Below are positions 20,598-29,244 of a stretch of 32,000 bases of DNA, in pieces. Both the position numbers and the translations under genes were made by a program. Origin of the DNA: Aciduliprofundum boonei T469 (lineage in GTDB: Archaea; Thermoplasmatota; Thermoplasmata; Thermoplasmatales; Aciduliprofundaceae); assembly GCF_000025665.1 (NCBI RefSeq), contig NC_013926.1, positions 690,001 to 722,000 on the forward strand, in the 5' to 3' direction. The notes below the pieces were generated by a model. The model saw only the letters and a list, made by a program, of their open reading frames with translations, was not told where the DNA came from and ran no database searches. Position 1 is the stretch's first letter. Every line of letters starts with the position of its first letter.

Positions 20598-20693
20598 GAA
20601 TCTCCCATTCTCACCATTATTAAAAACTTGTTGATTATAACTCAATTTTGAGTTAATTTTATGAAAATATTGACCACGCACCTTCAAATTTTC

Positions 20694-20728
20694 TTGAACT
20701 TATGTTCAGATTATTGAACACTTGTTCA
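20694..20728. promoter_or_regulatory. Tandem palindromic operator candidates, 2 x TTGAAC-N4-GTTCA
   Basis: TTGAACttatGTTCA lies at 20694-20708 and TTGAACacttGTTCA at 20714-20728. The arms are identical and the centres are exactly 20 bp apart. They sit in the divergent ribB/amt intergenic region, just upstream of the ATATTTAAAT box. Confidence 0.6.
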
Positions 20729-20740
20729 TAGATTTTACAA

Positions 20741-20750
20741 ATATTTAAAT
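20741..20750. promoter_or_regulatory. TATA box (near-symmetric ATATTTAAAT) in ribB/amt divergent region
   Basis: The box is AT-rich and TATA-like, 46 nt upstream of amt ATG 20796. An AGGAG RBS follows at about 20788-20792. Confidence 0.5.
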
Positions 20751-20795
20751 ATCTAATTCACGATTCCCTCAAAGTATACTAAGTATCAGGAGAGT

Positions 20796-22019
20796 ATGAA
20801 AATGGGATTTAATCCAGGAGATACGGGATTTATGCTCGTTGCTACGAGCTTAGTGATGCTAATGACACCCGGACTTGCATTCTTCTATGGTGGACTTGTA
20901 GGAAGAAAGAATGTTCTAACAATAATGGCTGAAAGCTTTGTTTCTTTAGGTTGGACAACGGTTCTATGGGTTCTTTTTGGCTTCACTATGGCCTTTGGGC
21001 CTGATGTTGCAGGAATTGTAGGAGGTCCAAAGTATTTGCTATTACAAGGAATTACAATGAACACACCATCACCTATAAATCCAGGAGTGCCAATGTGGGT
21101 TTTCGTAGCATACCAGATGATGTTTGCAATAATCACACCTGCTCTAATAACTGGAGCTTTTGCAGACCGTGTGAGGTTTAAAGCATGGATGATATTTCTA
21201 ACTCTCTGGCTAATATTCGTGTATTTTCCCTTAGTGCATCTTGTCTGGGGTGGTGGCCTATTTGCCCAGTGGGGCGTCCATGATTTTGCAGGAGGTATAG
21301 TCGTACATGCTTCTGCGGGCTTTGCAGCTCTAGCGGCGGTGTTCTATGTGGGAAGAAGAAGGATTATACACAAAGGACCTCATAGCATTCCTCTAGTTGC
21401 TCTTGGTACTGCGCTTCTGTGGTTTGGATGGTATGGATTCAATGCAGGAAGTGAATTTGGAGTAAATAGTATAACAACCATCGCATTTCTCAACACAGAT
21501 ATAGCAGCATCGTTTGCTGCAATAACATGGCTCATTCTATCCGTTCTACTTGAAGGAAAGCCAAAGATACTTGGAATGCTCACTGGTGCTGTTGCAGGAC
21601 TGGCAACAATTACACCAATGGCAGGCTATGTAACCACACAGGTAGCTATGCTTACGGGTATAGTTGCTTCTCTTGTTGCTTATGTAGCAGTTTGGTTTAA
21701 AAACAAGAAAGGCTGGGATGATTCTCTTGATGTTTGGGGCGTTCATGGAATCGGTGGATTTACTGGAGTTATACTTTTAGGACTCTTCTCTACGCTTGCT
21801 GTGAATGCAGGAGGTGCAAACGGTTTATTCTATGGTAACCCACATTTCTTCTTGGTTGAACTGGCTGCAGTGAGTATTACAGTGGTTTATACCTTCTTAT
21901 TTACATATGGAGCGCTATGGCTTATTGATAGAATAACTCCAGTGCGTGTATCATTAGAGGAAGAAAAAGAAGGTCTAGATGAAGCAGAAATTGGTGAGCA
22001 GGCGTATCTTACCGAATAA
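20796..22019 (+). CDS. amt: Ammonium transporter (Amt family)
   Basis: 407 aa and polytopic. Amt signatures are present: TPGLAFFYGGLV, DFAGGIVVHASAGFAAL, LWFGWYGFNAGS and VHGIGGFTG. Confidence 0.95.
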   Translation: MKMGFNPGDTGFMLVATSLVMLMTPGLAFFYGGLVGRKNVLTIMAESFVSLGWTTVLWVLFGFTMAFGPDVAGIVGGPKYLLLQGITMNTPSPINPGVPMWVFVAYQMMFAIITPALITGAFADRVRFKAWMIFLTLWLIFVYFPLVHLVWGGGLFAQWGVHDFAGGIVVHASAGFAALAAVFYVGRRRIIHKGPHSIPLVALGTALLWFGWYGFNAGSEFGVNSITTIAFLNTDIAASFAAITWLILSVLLEGKPKILGMLTGAVAGLATITPMAGYVTTQVAMLTGIVASLVAYVAVWFKNKKGWDDSLDVWGVHGIGGFTGVILLGLFSTLAVNAGGANGLFYGNPHFFLVELAAVSITVVYTFLFTYGALWLIDRITPVRVSLEEEKEGLDEAEIGEQAYLTE

Positions 22020-22040
22020 TTTTTTTCTTTTATTTTTATT
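22020..22040 (+). terminator. Oligo-T termination tract after amt
   Basis: TTTTTTTCTTTTATTTTTATT lies immediately after the TAA stop. Archaeal RNA polymerase terminates at oligo-dT tracts. Confidence 0.5.
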
Positions 22041-22227
22041 AATAATGCCCATCTTTTTGAAATTGCTCTAAATCTTGTCTATTAAAACTAAAAGGTTCGG
22101 ATCCTGGAAGCCTTTGGGTCCGGAGTATTTAAAGAAGATAAGAGGTGAGGTTTGATGGAAGTAGTGGAGAACGAAAAATATGGAATTGAAAAGGAGCGAA
22201 TCCAGACGAACCCTGATACAAAAGTAG

Positions 22228-22301
22228 CGGGCCAGGAGGGATTCGAACCCCCGACCACGGGATTAAGAGTCCCGCGCTCTACCTAGCTAAGCTACTGGCC
22301 C
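22228..22301 (-). tRNA. tRNA-Lys (anticodon CUU)
   Basis: Hand-folded. The acceptor stem is GGGCCAG/CTGGCCC. The anticodon arm is CGGGA-CTCTTAA-TCCCG and the T-arm is GGGGG-TTCGAAT-CCCTC. An ATATTAAAT TATA-like box lies about 21 nt upstream. Confidence 0.92.
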
Positions 22302-22333
22302 ATGGGATTAAAATTTCGATTTAATATTCTCAA

Positions 22334-22362
22334 GGGGTAAAGCCCTTTTTTAAAGGGCTTAG
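22334..22362 (-). repeat. Conserved hairpin-forming tRNA 3' trailer element (copy B)
   Basis: The minus strand reads CTAAGCCCTTTAAAAAAGGGCTTTACCCC directly after the tRNA-Met(CAU) discriminator. There is a 9-bp stem AAGCCCTTT/AAAGGGCTT at 22340-22360. Its flanks match copy A at 15025-15062. Confidence 0.6.
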
Positions 22363-22437
22363 TGGGGCCGGCAGGATTCGAACCTGCGACCGCCCGGTTA
22401 TGAGCCGGGCGCTCTAACCTGGCTAAGCTACGGCCCC
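22363..22437 (-). tRNA. tRNA with CAU anticodon (elongator Met or Ile2; not initiator-like)
   Basis: Hand-folded. The acceptor stem is GGGGCCG/CGGCCCC (G1-C72, so it is not an archaeal initiator). The anticodon arm is CCCGG-CTCATAA-CCGGG and the T-arm is GCAGG-TTCGAAT-CCTGC. A TTTTAAAA box lies about 26 nt upstream. Confidence 0.9.
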
Positions 22438-22524
22438 AGCAAAGGGGCATATCCCATACACCATTTTAAAATTTTCGCTGTTTGTCATAAGACAAGGAAT
22501 TTTATAGCTGTTGTTTATAAATAA

Positions 22525-23178
22525 TTAAGTGTAGTGTATCAATACTGGGAAACTGAAATTAACTGTGTAAATTGTCTCATTATTTTCAATATATGCTGTA
22601 AATGTATATAGAAGGGAGATATTCTCCCCGCTCTCTGGAGGTGGAGAAATCATAGCAGAAATGGTTGCGTTATGCACTTCTTTTATGTATGCCTCCGAGT
22701 AAGCCCAGTTTGCGATTATATTTGGTGTATATGCCCTGGTTCCGTAAGTCAATGGGCCTATTTTCTCTATATCCTGAAATCCAAATCCGTTATTTACAAA
22801 ATTAGATACATTATCAACAGTTTCAATTGCAAGAGTAAAAGTGGGTTTAGAGTTTCCATATCCAACTAGATAATCATTGGCTGAGATGTTAGTGGTAAAA
22901 ATTACTACAATTTCATATCCACCATACTCTTGAAAATAGCCAATATATGCTCTCCAAATTACTTCAATATTAGCATAGTTGGTATCATAGATATTTCTCT
23001 CCTCATCAATAGGTTTCCAGCTGGGAGATGGGCTTATATTGTTATCTATATTCACATTTTGGATATATTCTTTAGATTCAGAATTGGCATATAGGGCACC
23101 ACCATATAAAATACCCCCTATTATTACGGCTATAATGACAATACTTGCAACTACTATGATTGCAGTTTTTTCTTCCAT
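22525..23178 (-). CDS. Hypothetical membrane-anchored, probably extracellular protein
   Basis: 217 aa. It has an N-terminal TM anchor (TAIIVVASIVIIAVIIGGILYGGALYA), an N/Y/T-rich body and at least 7 N-x-S/T sequons. Its own TATA-like ATTTATAT box lies in the 32-nt spacer. It looks visibly more AT-rich than its neighbours, and I recognise no family. Confidence 0.55.
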   Translation of the reverse strand: MEEKTAIIVVASIVIIAVIIGGILYGGALYANSESKEYIQNVNIDNNISPSPSWKPIDEERNIYDTNYANIEVIWRAYIGYFQEYGGYEIVVIFTTNISANDYLVGYGNSKPTFTLAIETVDNVSNFVNNGFGFQDIEKIGPLTYGTRAYTPNIIANWAYSEAYIKEVHNATISAMISPPPESGENISLLYTFTAYIENNETIYTVNFSFPVLIHYT

Positions 23179-23210
23179 ATACCTACGAAATGAGGATAGA
23201 TATAAATAGA

Positions 23211-24710
23211 TTATCCGAAAAATTTGAGAGTTTTGGGTTTTTTCTCCTTTCTTGCTTTATCCACAAGCTCTTCAAACCTTTCAATCTGAATCGGGATGGC
23301 AAATTTTGTGAATATACTGCTCACTATCGCCTCACCCTTATCCAGAGAAGCAATCATCTTGTCATCCTTGCTTAGATCCTGAGCAGCAGAGCTTATAACT
23401 GCTTTTCTCTCAGAACTCATTTCATTGCCCAAAATAATTTTAGTGTTTAGATTTGCAAGAATCTCACGAGGTATGACCGATGATAGTTGAGTTATTGCTA
23501 TTATTCCAATTTTAAACTTTCTCCCCTCTCTCGCAATGGTACCAAATATTGTGCTCTTTCCTTCACCCAGAACTCTTGGTGCTTCTTCTATAACAACAGA
23601 TATAACTGGCTTATTGTCAAGTTCACCATTTTCTTTGTACCTTTTATACCTTGCAAATACTTCATTCATTATCATGCTTGATATGAGGATCTCAAGATTT
23701 TGGGAGAGAGAGGATGTATCAACTATCACTATTTTTCCCTCTTCCAGATAAGTGCAGATGTCTTTTATTGTGCTTTCCCCCTCATTAATTGAAAATATTT
23801 TTCCTCTTTCGTAGAGTTCTCCATAATCGTTCATATCAATCTCCAGTGCAACTTTAACCTTTCTTTGAATTACGGCCCTGGTGGTTTCGCCTACTCCTTT
23901 AATTGGCTCATTGGAAAATAGCATTTTTATCCATTCATCACCCCACTCTTTGTAAAATAGATACAGGGCATCTTCTTGGGCGGGGGTGAACTCTATAATT
24001 TCCCTTAAATGCCACGGTCTCACGAGTTTTATATTTATTTTTAGTGCCCTCTCGCCAAGGGGTGGGTTAATAGAGTAATAAATAACATTTCCCTTTGCCT
24101 CAGGATGCTCTTTGAGCCCGTAATTTTTTCCATTTAGTTTATAAGAGTAGTACTCGTTATGAGCATCCAAAACGAGGATTCCTGCATAATCTTTGTTTAC
24201 AAGGCTCCAGAGTATAACTTTGACAAGATTACTCTTTCCCCTACCTGTTGTGGCAGGGATTAAAATGTGATGCGTTAGCACTTTCTTTCCATCAAGGTAA
24301 ACGGGCACATCAAGAACCTTAGAACCGCTTCTTATCTTTCCCAGATACATAGGATTTTCCGGTTTTTCTAGAAAATCAAAATCTTGGGCATTGGCTCGTC
24401 TTAATATTTTGAAAAATTCCGGAAGGTGCTTTGTTATGCCTTTTTTATTCAAATCAAACACGGGTTTGGCACGAACAAGTATAAAGTTCCTCACCTCCTT
24501 CTCATGTATTTCAGTTGCACCATATCCTTCGAGCTGCATACCACTCATTCTAGCCAAGTCTCTGTTCTCCATCAAACTTCCATATTCTAAGTCAACCACT
24601 TGAAGCAGTATATCATCAGCAACCAACAATTCTCCAAGTTCAATCCTCTCTCCATTTTTCTGCCTTATAAGTATCTCCCCATAATTTCCACCAATAATCT
24701 GTCCAACCAT
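23211..24710 (-). CDS. herA: HerA-type (DUF87) hexameric DNA translocase/helicase ATPase
   Basis: 499 aa. It has an N-terminal HAS-barrel-like segment ([20 protein letters not shown]), Walker A ([12 protein letters not shown]) and Walker B ([12 protein letters not shown]). It lies 1 nt downstream of the nurA-like gene. Confidence 0.85.
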   Translation of the reverse strand: MVGQIIGGNYGEILIRQKNGERIELGELLVADDILLQVVDLEYGSLMENRDLARMSGMQLEGYGATEIHEKEVRNFILVRAKPVFDLNKKGITKHLPEFFKILRRANAQDFDFLEKPENPMYLGKIRSGSKVLDVPVYLDGKKVLTHHILIPATTGRGKSNLVKVILWSLVNKDYAGILVLDAHNEYYSYKLNGKNYGLKEHPEAKGNVIYYSINPPLGERALKINIKLVRPWHLREIIEFTPAQEDALYLFYKEWGDEWIKMLFSNEPIKGVGETTRAVIQRKVKVALEIDMNDYGELYERGKIFSINEGESTIKDICTYLEEGKIVIVDTSSLSQNLEILISSMIMNEVFARYKRYKENGELDNKPVISVVIEEAPRVLGEGKSTIFGTIAREGRKFKIGIIAITQLSSVIPREILANLNTKIILGNEMSSERKAVISSAAQDLSKDDKMIASLDKGEAIVSSIFTKFAIPIQIERFEELVDKARKEKKPKTLKFFG

Positions 24711-24711
24711 C

Positions 24712-25695
24712 TTATTTCACCTCACTGATTCTATCATGGGCATCTAAAGCCCGAGCTTGCATGAGAGTGAAAGAATCGGCATGATTATAAATAACCTGCC
24801 TGTATGTCTTTGCCTCCTCATCACTTATCCTAGCATTTATATCTGCATCCAGCAATCCGTAGGGATATCCAGTCATGATAGGATCGTTTGATAAAGGAAT
24901 AAGATAACCCAAAGCTAAGGTGACTTCTTTTTCAGGATAAACTTCAACACGGAAAGCATAGTCGCTGAATGGATGAAGTTTCACTGCAAACATATCTCCC
25001 TTAATGGTACTTATGCCTTTTGCAATTGGATGGTAGTACCATGGCGCTCTTATTCTATTCTTCTCTGCTAAGTGGTGAATAGAAGCAATCAAAGAGTACC
25101 CCCGGGATGTTAGAAGAGAGCAGGTTTTTGAAAATCCCACTATGATTTTTTCCCTCGCACTCTCAAAAAGCCTGTTTGCATACTCGTATTCTCTCTTTGC
25201 CCCTGTTTGCAGGGAGCCATCTCTAACCAAGATATCGCATTTATTGATTATCTTTGCGGATAGGAGCCATTCTCCCATTCTGCGCAGATAAGCTCCTACT
25301 GCCTTTATCTTATCTCTTTCATCAATCTCATCCATGCCTATTCTCATGCTCTCTGGAAATATTCCCGAATTATCTACATCGTAAATCGTTAATTCGAAAG
25401 CATTCTCGTTTAGATTTGTGTGAGCATCCACTATGTATGTGTACCTTCCATATTCCTCTTTTTGCCCGTTTGAGAATATGGAGTAATATAAGCGGAGCAT
25501 GTAGATTGCCTGCCCCGGAGAGAGATAAATAGTGTTGTTTCCCCCGTCCACAAATCCAATTCTCTTTCCCTCCACAGGTTTTAAGGAATGGAAATTCTCA
25601 GGAGATAGAGGTACAGGATTAGCATTTTTTATAACAGGTAAGCCCAGATCTTGAGGTATATCTCTAATGCTAATCTTTGTGAGTATGTCAAGCAT
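24712..25695 (-). CDS. nurA: NurA-family 5'-3' nuclease
   Basis: 327 aa. It has catalytic-type acidic motifs ([15 protein letters not shown]) and a C-terminal [16 protein letters not shown] motif (NurA Y-P-x-x-L-x-x-A-D/H type). The tight pairing with herA supports the call. Confidence 0.75.
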   Translation of the reverse strand: MLDILTKISIRDIPQDLGLPVIKNANPVPLSPENFHSLKPVEGKRIGFVDGGNNTIYLSPGQAIYMLRLYYSIFSNGQKEEYGRYTYIVDAHTNLNENAFELTIYDVDNSGIFPESMRIGMDEIDERDKIKAVGAYLRRMGEWLLSAKIINKCDILVRDGSLQTGAKREYEYANRLFESAREKIIVGFSKTCSLLTSRGYSLIASIHHLAEKNRIRAPWYYHPIAKGISTIKGDMFAVKLHPFSDYAFRVEVYPEKEVTLALGYLIPLSNDPIMTGYPYGLLDADINARISDEEAKTYRQVIYNHADSFTLMQARALDAHDRISEVK

Positions 25696-25781
25696 AAGCG
25701 TCTATGAGTTCTTGAAGTTAATAAGTTTTTTGTCGAACTTAGAAAAAATATTTAAGTTTTATAATGCATTAACCAATTAAA

Positions 25782-27734
25782 ATGAGAGCTAAGAATGTAA
25801 TTCTCTTTCTAACCCCTGCGCTACTTAGCATCTTAATCATTTACTTAGTGGGATTGAGAACTCCTGCTGTGATATTCGGATATTTTGTTATATTGGATGT
25901 AGTTATTTCCCTCTTCTTCTCGGCTCTCTTTCTTTTTTACTGGAAAAAAGGGAAAAAGTATGATGAGTTCTTAAAGAATTACCTTGAAAATATACCAGAA
26001 GTTAAGGGTAAAGTGGCTGTGGTAATTCCAGTGTACAACGAAGAGCCTTGGAGAGTTGTTCAAACAGCAATTGCTGCAAAGATGGCAGCTCCTACAGCAG
26101 TGTTCGTGTTGGATGATTCTACAGATGAGAAAATAAGGGAAGAATTGGATAAATATGCGAGAGAGTATGGATTTCAGATATTTAGAAGGGATAAGAGAGA
26201 GGGATTCAAGGCAGGAGCGATTAATGCATGGCTTGAGAAATATGGAGATGAATATGATTTTCTCACAATATTGGATGCTGATCAAAGACCCTTTCCCTCA
26301 TTTTTTAAATATACCTTGGGCTTTTTTAAAGATGAAAAAGTTGCATTTGTGCAAGTGCCCCAATATTATTCAAGAGTGAATTCTATGGTTTCATTATCTG
26401 CGTATATTCAACTCATACCATTCTTGCGCACAATTATGAGGGCTAGGCATATGAACGGGAGTGCATTTAGTTTGGGAAGTGGAACGATATACAGGATAAA
26501 AGCTTTGAAGGAGATTGGAGGATTGTATGAGAAGACAGTTACGGAGGATATTTACACTTCACTTCTCTTGCATGAGCGTGGCTATAAGAGCCAATACCTT
26601 GATTTGCCGCTTGTGTGGCATGGTGAAGCGCCCGAAAATATAAGAGCGTACTGGATTCAGCAAAACAGATGGGCATATGGCGGATTTCAAATCCTAAAAA
26701 AATTGCTAAATGCCAAGATGTCATTTGTTCAAATACTTGATTACTTAAATGGCGTGTTTTACTGGACACATGTGGGAATATTGAGTTTAGTGGATATCCT
26801 AGCTCCAATTCTCTTTCTAATCTTTGGGATATATTTTATCGGAATTCATCCTTTATTGTATTTGGGGGCCTACGGTTCTATATTTACCCTGTCTCTGATG
26901 TTTTACATAACCTCTATGAGAAAGTATGGGTATGGGCTTAGAGAGTACATTTATCATCAAGGTATCCAGTTTATAGCGCTTTATCCATCTATGCTCGCAT
27001 TTTTCCAATGGTTATTTGGTAGAAAGAAATCATTTAGTGTCACCCCTAAAAATAAAGAGAGGGGGGATAAAAGGTATGCTTGGTACTTCTTATCCGTTAT
27101 CATAATCCTTCTCTTCTCTGTGGTTTATAGTTCTTTCAAAGTTTTTTACACTCATTCTCTCCTTTATCCAGTTCTAATTAACATATTTTGGGCTATGTGG
27201 TGGGTAGTTATATCTTCATCTGCCCTTTATATTTCTCTGTCTCCTAAGGTTAAAGAAAAAGATAAGAAAAGGATAAAGCAAAGTTATAAGGGATTGGAAA
27301 GACCAGTAGTAAATATGCTATACTGCGGTATAAGATTTGAAAAGCTTCTTGGAGAGTACTACAAGGAACTCAGTAAAAAATATGGAGAATATTCTAAAAC
27401 TCTATCAAAGATCGCTAATGATTCTTTCAAGCACGCTTATATCTATTCAAAGCTCCTTAAAAATGCAGAAGGGAGATTTAAAATTAAGGCTAACAAAAGA
27501 TGTGTTGGGATGAAAGAGTACCTTAGCTCCATAGAAGAAAAGGTGAGAAAAGGATGTGATGGAAAGGAATTAAAAGATTGCCTAATGCCACAAGAAGAAA
27601 TCTATATGTATGTTTACTCTAGCTTAGTTTTAGAAACTTGCATATATATCTCGAAAGAGCTGTACAAAGAGGTGGAAGAAATAATGCATGACGAGCTTGA
27701 GCACGATAAATTGGTTAGGGAAATGGCTTCTTAA
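25782..27734 (+). CDS. Membrane-embedded processive family-2 glycosyltransferase (cellulose/chitin-synthase-like) with an extra C-terminal soluble helical domain
   Basis: 650 aa. It has two N-terminal TMs and a GT2 core with VIPVYNE, DDSTD, LDADQ, TEDI and QNRWAYGG (the QxxRW processivity motif). Several TMs follow. A soluble helical C-terminal tail of about 160 aa contains DELEH. Confidence 0.85.
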   Translation: MRAKNVILFLTPALLSILIIYLVGLRTPAVIFGYFVILDVVISLFFSALFLFYWKKGKKYDEFLKNYLENIPEVKGKVAVVIPVYNEEPWRVVQTAIAAKMAAPTAVFVLDDSTDEKIREELDKYAREYGFQIFRRDKREGFKAGAINAWLEKYGDEYDFLTILDADQRPFPSFFKYTLGFFKDEKVAFVQVPQYYSRVNSMVSLSAYIQLIPFLRTIMRARHMNGSAFSLGSGTIYRIKALKEIGGLYEKTVTEDIYTSLLLHERGYKSQYLDLPLVWHGEAPENIRAYWIQQNRWAYGGFQILKKLLNAKMSFVQILDYLNGVFYWTHVGILSLVDILAPILFLIFGIYFIGIHPLLYLGAYGSIFTLSLMFYITSMRKYGYGLREYIYHQGIQFIALYPSMLAFFQWLFGRKKSFSVTPKNKERGDKRYAWYFLSVIIILLFSVVYSSFKVFYTHSLLYPVLINIFWAMWWVVISSSALYISLSPKVKEKDKKRIKQSYKGLERPVVNMLYCGIRFEKLLGEYYKELSKKYGEYSKTLSKIANDSFKHAYIYSKLLKNAEGRFKIKANKRCVGMKEYLSSIEEKVRKGCDGKELKDCLMPQEEIYMYVYSSLVLETCIYISKELYKEVEEIMHDELEHDKLVREMAS

Positions 27735-27735
27735 A

Positions 27736-28605
27736 TTATCTCGTAGTCACAATAACCTCATCGTCTGTTAGCACGATTGTATGCTCTGTCTGGGCCACCA
27801 TTGCTTTCTTTCTCTCTTTTAATATTGGAAAATGGTAGAGTACTCCAAGGAGCGAGCCCTTCTTTAAAATGCCTTCATAGTTATCGTATTTCTCGCACCA
27901 TCTTGCAGCGAAAGGTAGAGTTTTAAATTCTTCAAACATACTTGCATATGGCTCTTTTAATTTTTTTGTCTTTCTGAACATGTATATGTTTCCTCCAAGA
28001 CCGTTGGTTACATATCCTCTTCCGTTTGTGGCAAAGGGCTCTATGGCAAAAGCCATGCCTGGCAAGAGCTTTGCACGAGAGCCATCATTGTAGTTTGGTA
28101 TACTGAGGCCTTTGTGAAGAACATAGACATCAAGCTCATGGCCAGTTAGGTTTTTTATGGGTACGAAGCCGTGGAACCTTATGGTCTCTTCTACAACCTC
28201 TCCAATTTGAGAAACGAGTATACCCGGTCTTATGGCCTTTATCGCATTATTCAGAGCTTCAGCGGATGCATCTATTAATTCTTCCCATTTATTTGTGCCC
28301 ACCTCCACGGTTACTGCGGTATCGGAGATATAGCCATCCACATGGGCACCAAGGTCTAGTTTAACAAGGTCTCCCTTTTTAAAATACTTATTATCTCCCT
28401 TTATAGGCGAGTAATGGGCAGCAATATTATTAACTGATAGATTCACAGGAAATGAGGGTTTTGCACCAGAATCCCTTATGTATTTTTCAACCTTTTCTGC
28501 AACCTCATAATATGATGCACCCTCTTTAATTAATTCTTTCCCGTACTCGCGGGCCTCCTTTCCTATTTTTCCCGCTTCAAGATACTTTTTTAAATCCATA
28601 CTCAT
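27736..28605 (-). CDS. map: Methionine aminopeptidase, type 2 (archaeal)
   Basis: The homologous protein starts at MSMDLKKYLEAGKIGKEARE. Metal-ligand regions are present: DLVKLDLGAHVDGYISDTA, LTGHEL, FAIEPFAT and AQTEHTIV. ATG 28605 overlaps the upstream TGA stop as ATGA. The longer track ORF (to 28881) overlaps tsaC out of frame. Confidence 0.9.
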   Translation of the reverse strand: MSMDLKKYLEAGKIGKEAREYGKELIKEGASYYEVAEKVEKYIRDSGAKPSFPVNLSVNNIAAHYSPIKGDNKYFKKGDLVKLDLGAHVDGYISDTAVTVEVGTNKWEELIDASAEALNNAIKAIRPGILVSQIGEVVEETIRFHGFVPIKNLTGHELDVYVLHKGLSIPNYNDGSRAKLLPGMAFAIEPFATNGRGYVTNGLGGNIYMFRKTKKLKEPYASMFEEFKTLPFAARWCEKYDNYEGILKKGSLLGVLYHFPILKERKKAMVAQTEHTIVLTDDEVIVTTR

Positions 28606-29171
28606 TCCTCCAGAATTCTCATTATTGATGCCATAGGTATGGCACCTTCCCTTATCAATTCTACTCCATCCACGAGCCTTATTATTGTAGATGGCTTTCC
28701 CATCAATCTTCCACAATCTAGGCGATATTTCACATCCAGTTTCATTGTGTCCTCTATTACGCTTGGTGCTTTTTCCCCGCTTATGTTTGCACTCGTAAGC
28801 GTTATAGGACCTATTTTCTCCATTAAATATATGGTTAGGGTATGAGCTGGAATTCTTACTGCGACGGTATCTCCGAGCCATTTTACTCCCTTGTTCCTTA
28901 GCACGAGAGTTAAAGGTCCAGGCATAAATGCTCTTATCAATTTCTCTGCCTCTGGAGTAATTTCTGCAATCTTACCCATCATCTCAATATTTGCAACACC
29001 CACGGGAATTTTTTTCTCTATGCTCCTTCCCTTAATCTTGTAAATCTTATTTATGTCTCCATCAATGCTCATGCATAGTCCGTAAAGAGTATCTGTGGGC
29101 ATCACAACTGGCTCATTTTTTGCGTATTCTGCTATTTTATCCACACTCTCTTTTCTGCACGGGAGAATCAC
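28602..29171 (-). CDS. tsaC: YrdC/TsaC-family threonylcarbamoyl-AMP synthase, short form (YrdC domain only)
   Basis: 189 aa. It has PTDTLYGL, VAVRIPAH and LTSANISGE motifs of the Sua5/YciO/YrdC fold. There is no C-terminal Sua5 domain. Confidence 0.8.
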   Translation of the reverse strand: MILPCRKESVDKIAEYAKNEPVVMPTDTLYGLCMSIDGDINKIYKIKGRSIEKKIPVGVANIEMMGKIAEITPEAEKLIRAFMPGPLTLVLRNKGVKWLGDTVAVRIPAHTLTIYLMEKIGPITLTSANISGEKAPSVIEDTMKLDVKYRLDCGRLMGKPSTIIRLVDGVELIREGAIPMASIMRILEE

Positions 29172-29244
29172 AATTTGATATGGATGTAGCGTATTTTAAA
29201 TTTCTCATAGCAATTTTTTTATTCTAATTTCTTTTGCTACTTTC

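Noticed and set aside
20598-20687. 30-codon N-terminal extension of ribB from a TTG
   Set aside because: Archaeal RibB homologues start at about the IEEAIEALK helix. The extension has no ATG and contains a palindrome and TATA-like sequences that look regulatory. The start remains uncertain.
22155-22286. 43-codon ORF with a GGTGA RBS and ATG, running antisense through tRNA-Lys
   Set aside because: A third of it is just the complement of a tRNA gene. It has no recognisable protein features. The nearby TATA would place the transcription start downstream of the RBS.
28606-28881. 92-codon N-terminal extension of the map ORF (track ORF 27736..28881)
   Set aside because: The extension is basic, low-complexity sequence that overlaps the tsaC-like gene out of frame. 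The homologous MAP sequence begins at MSMDLKK, and ATG 28605 forms an ATGA overlap with the tsaC stop.
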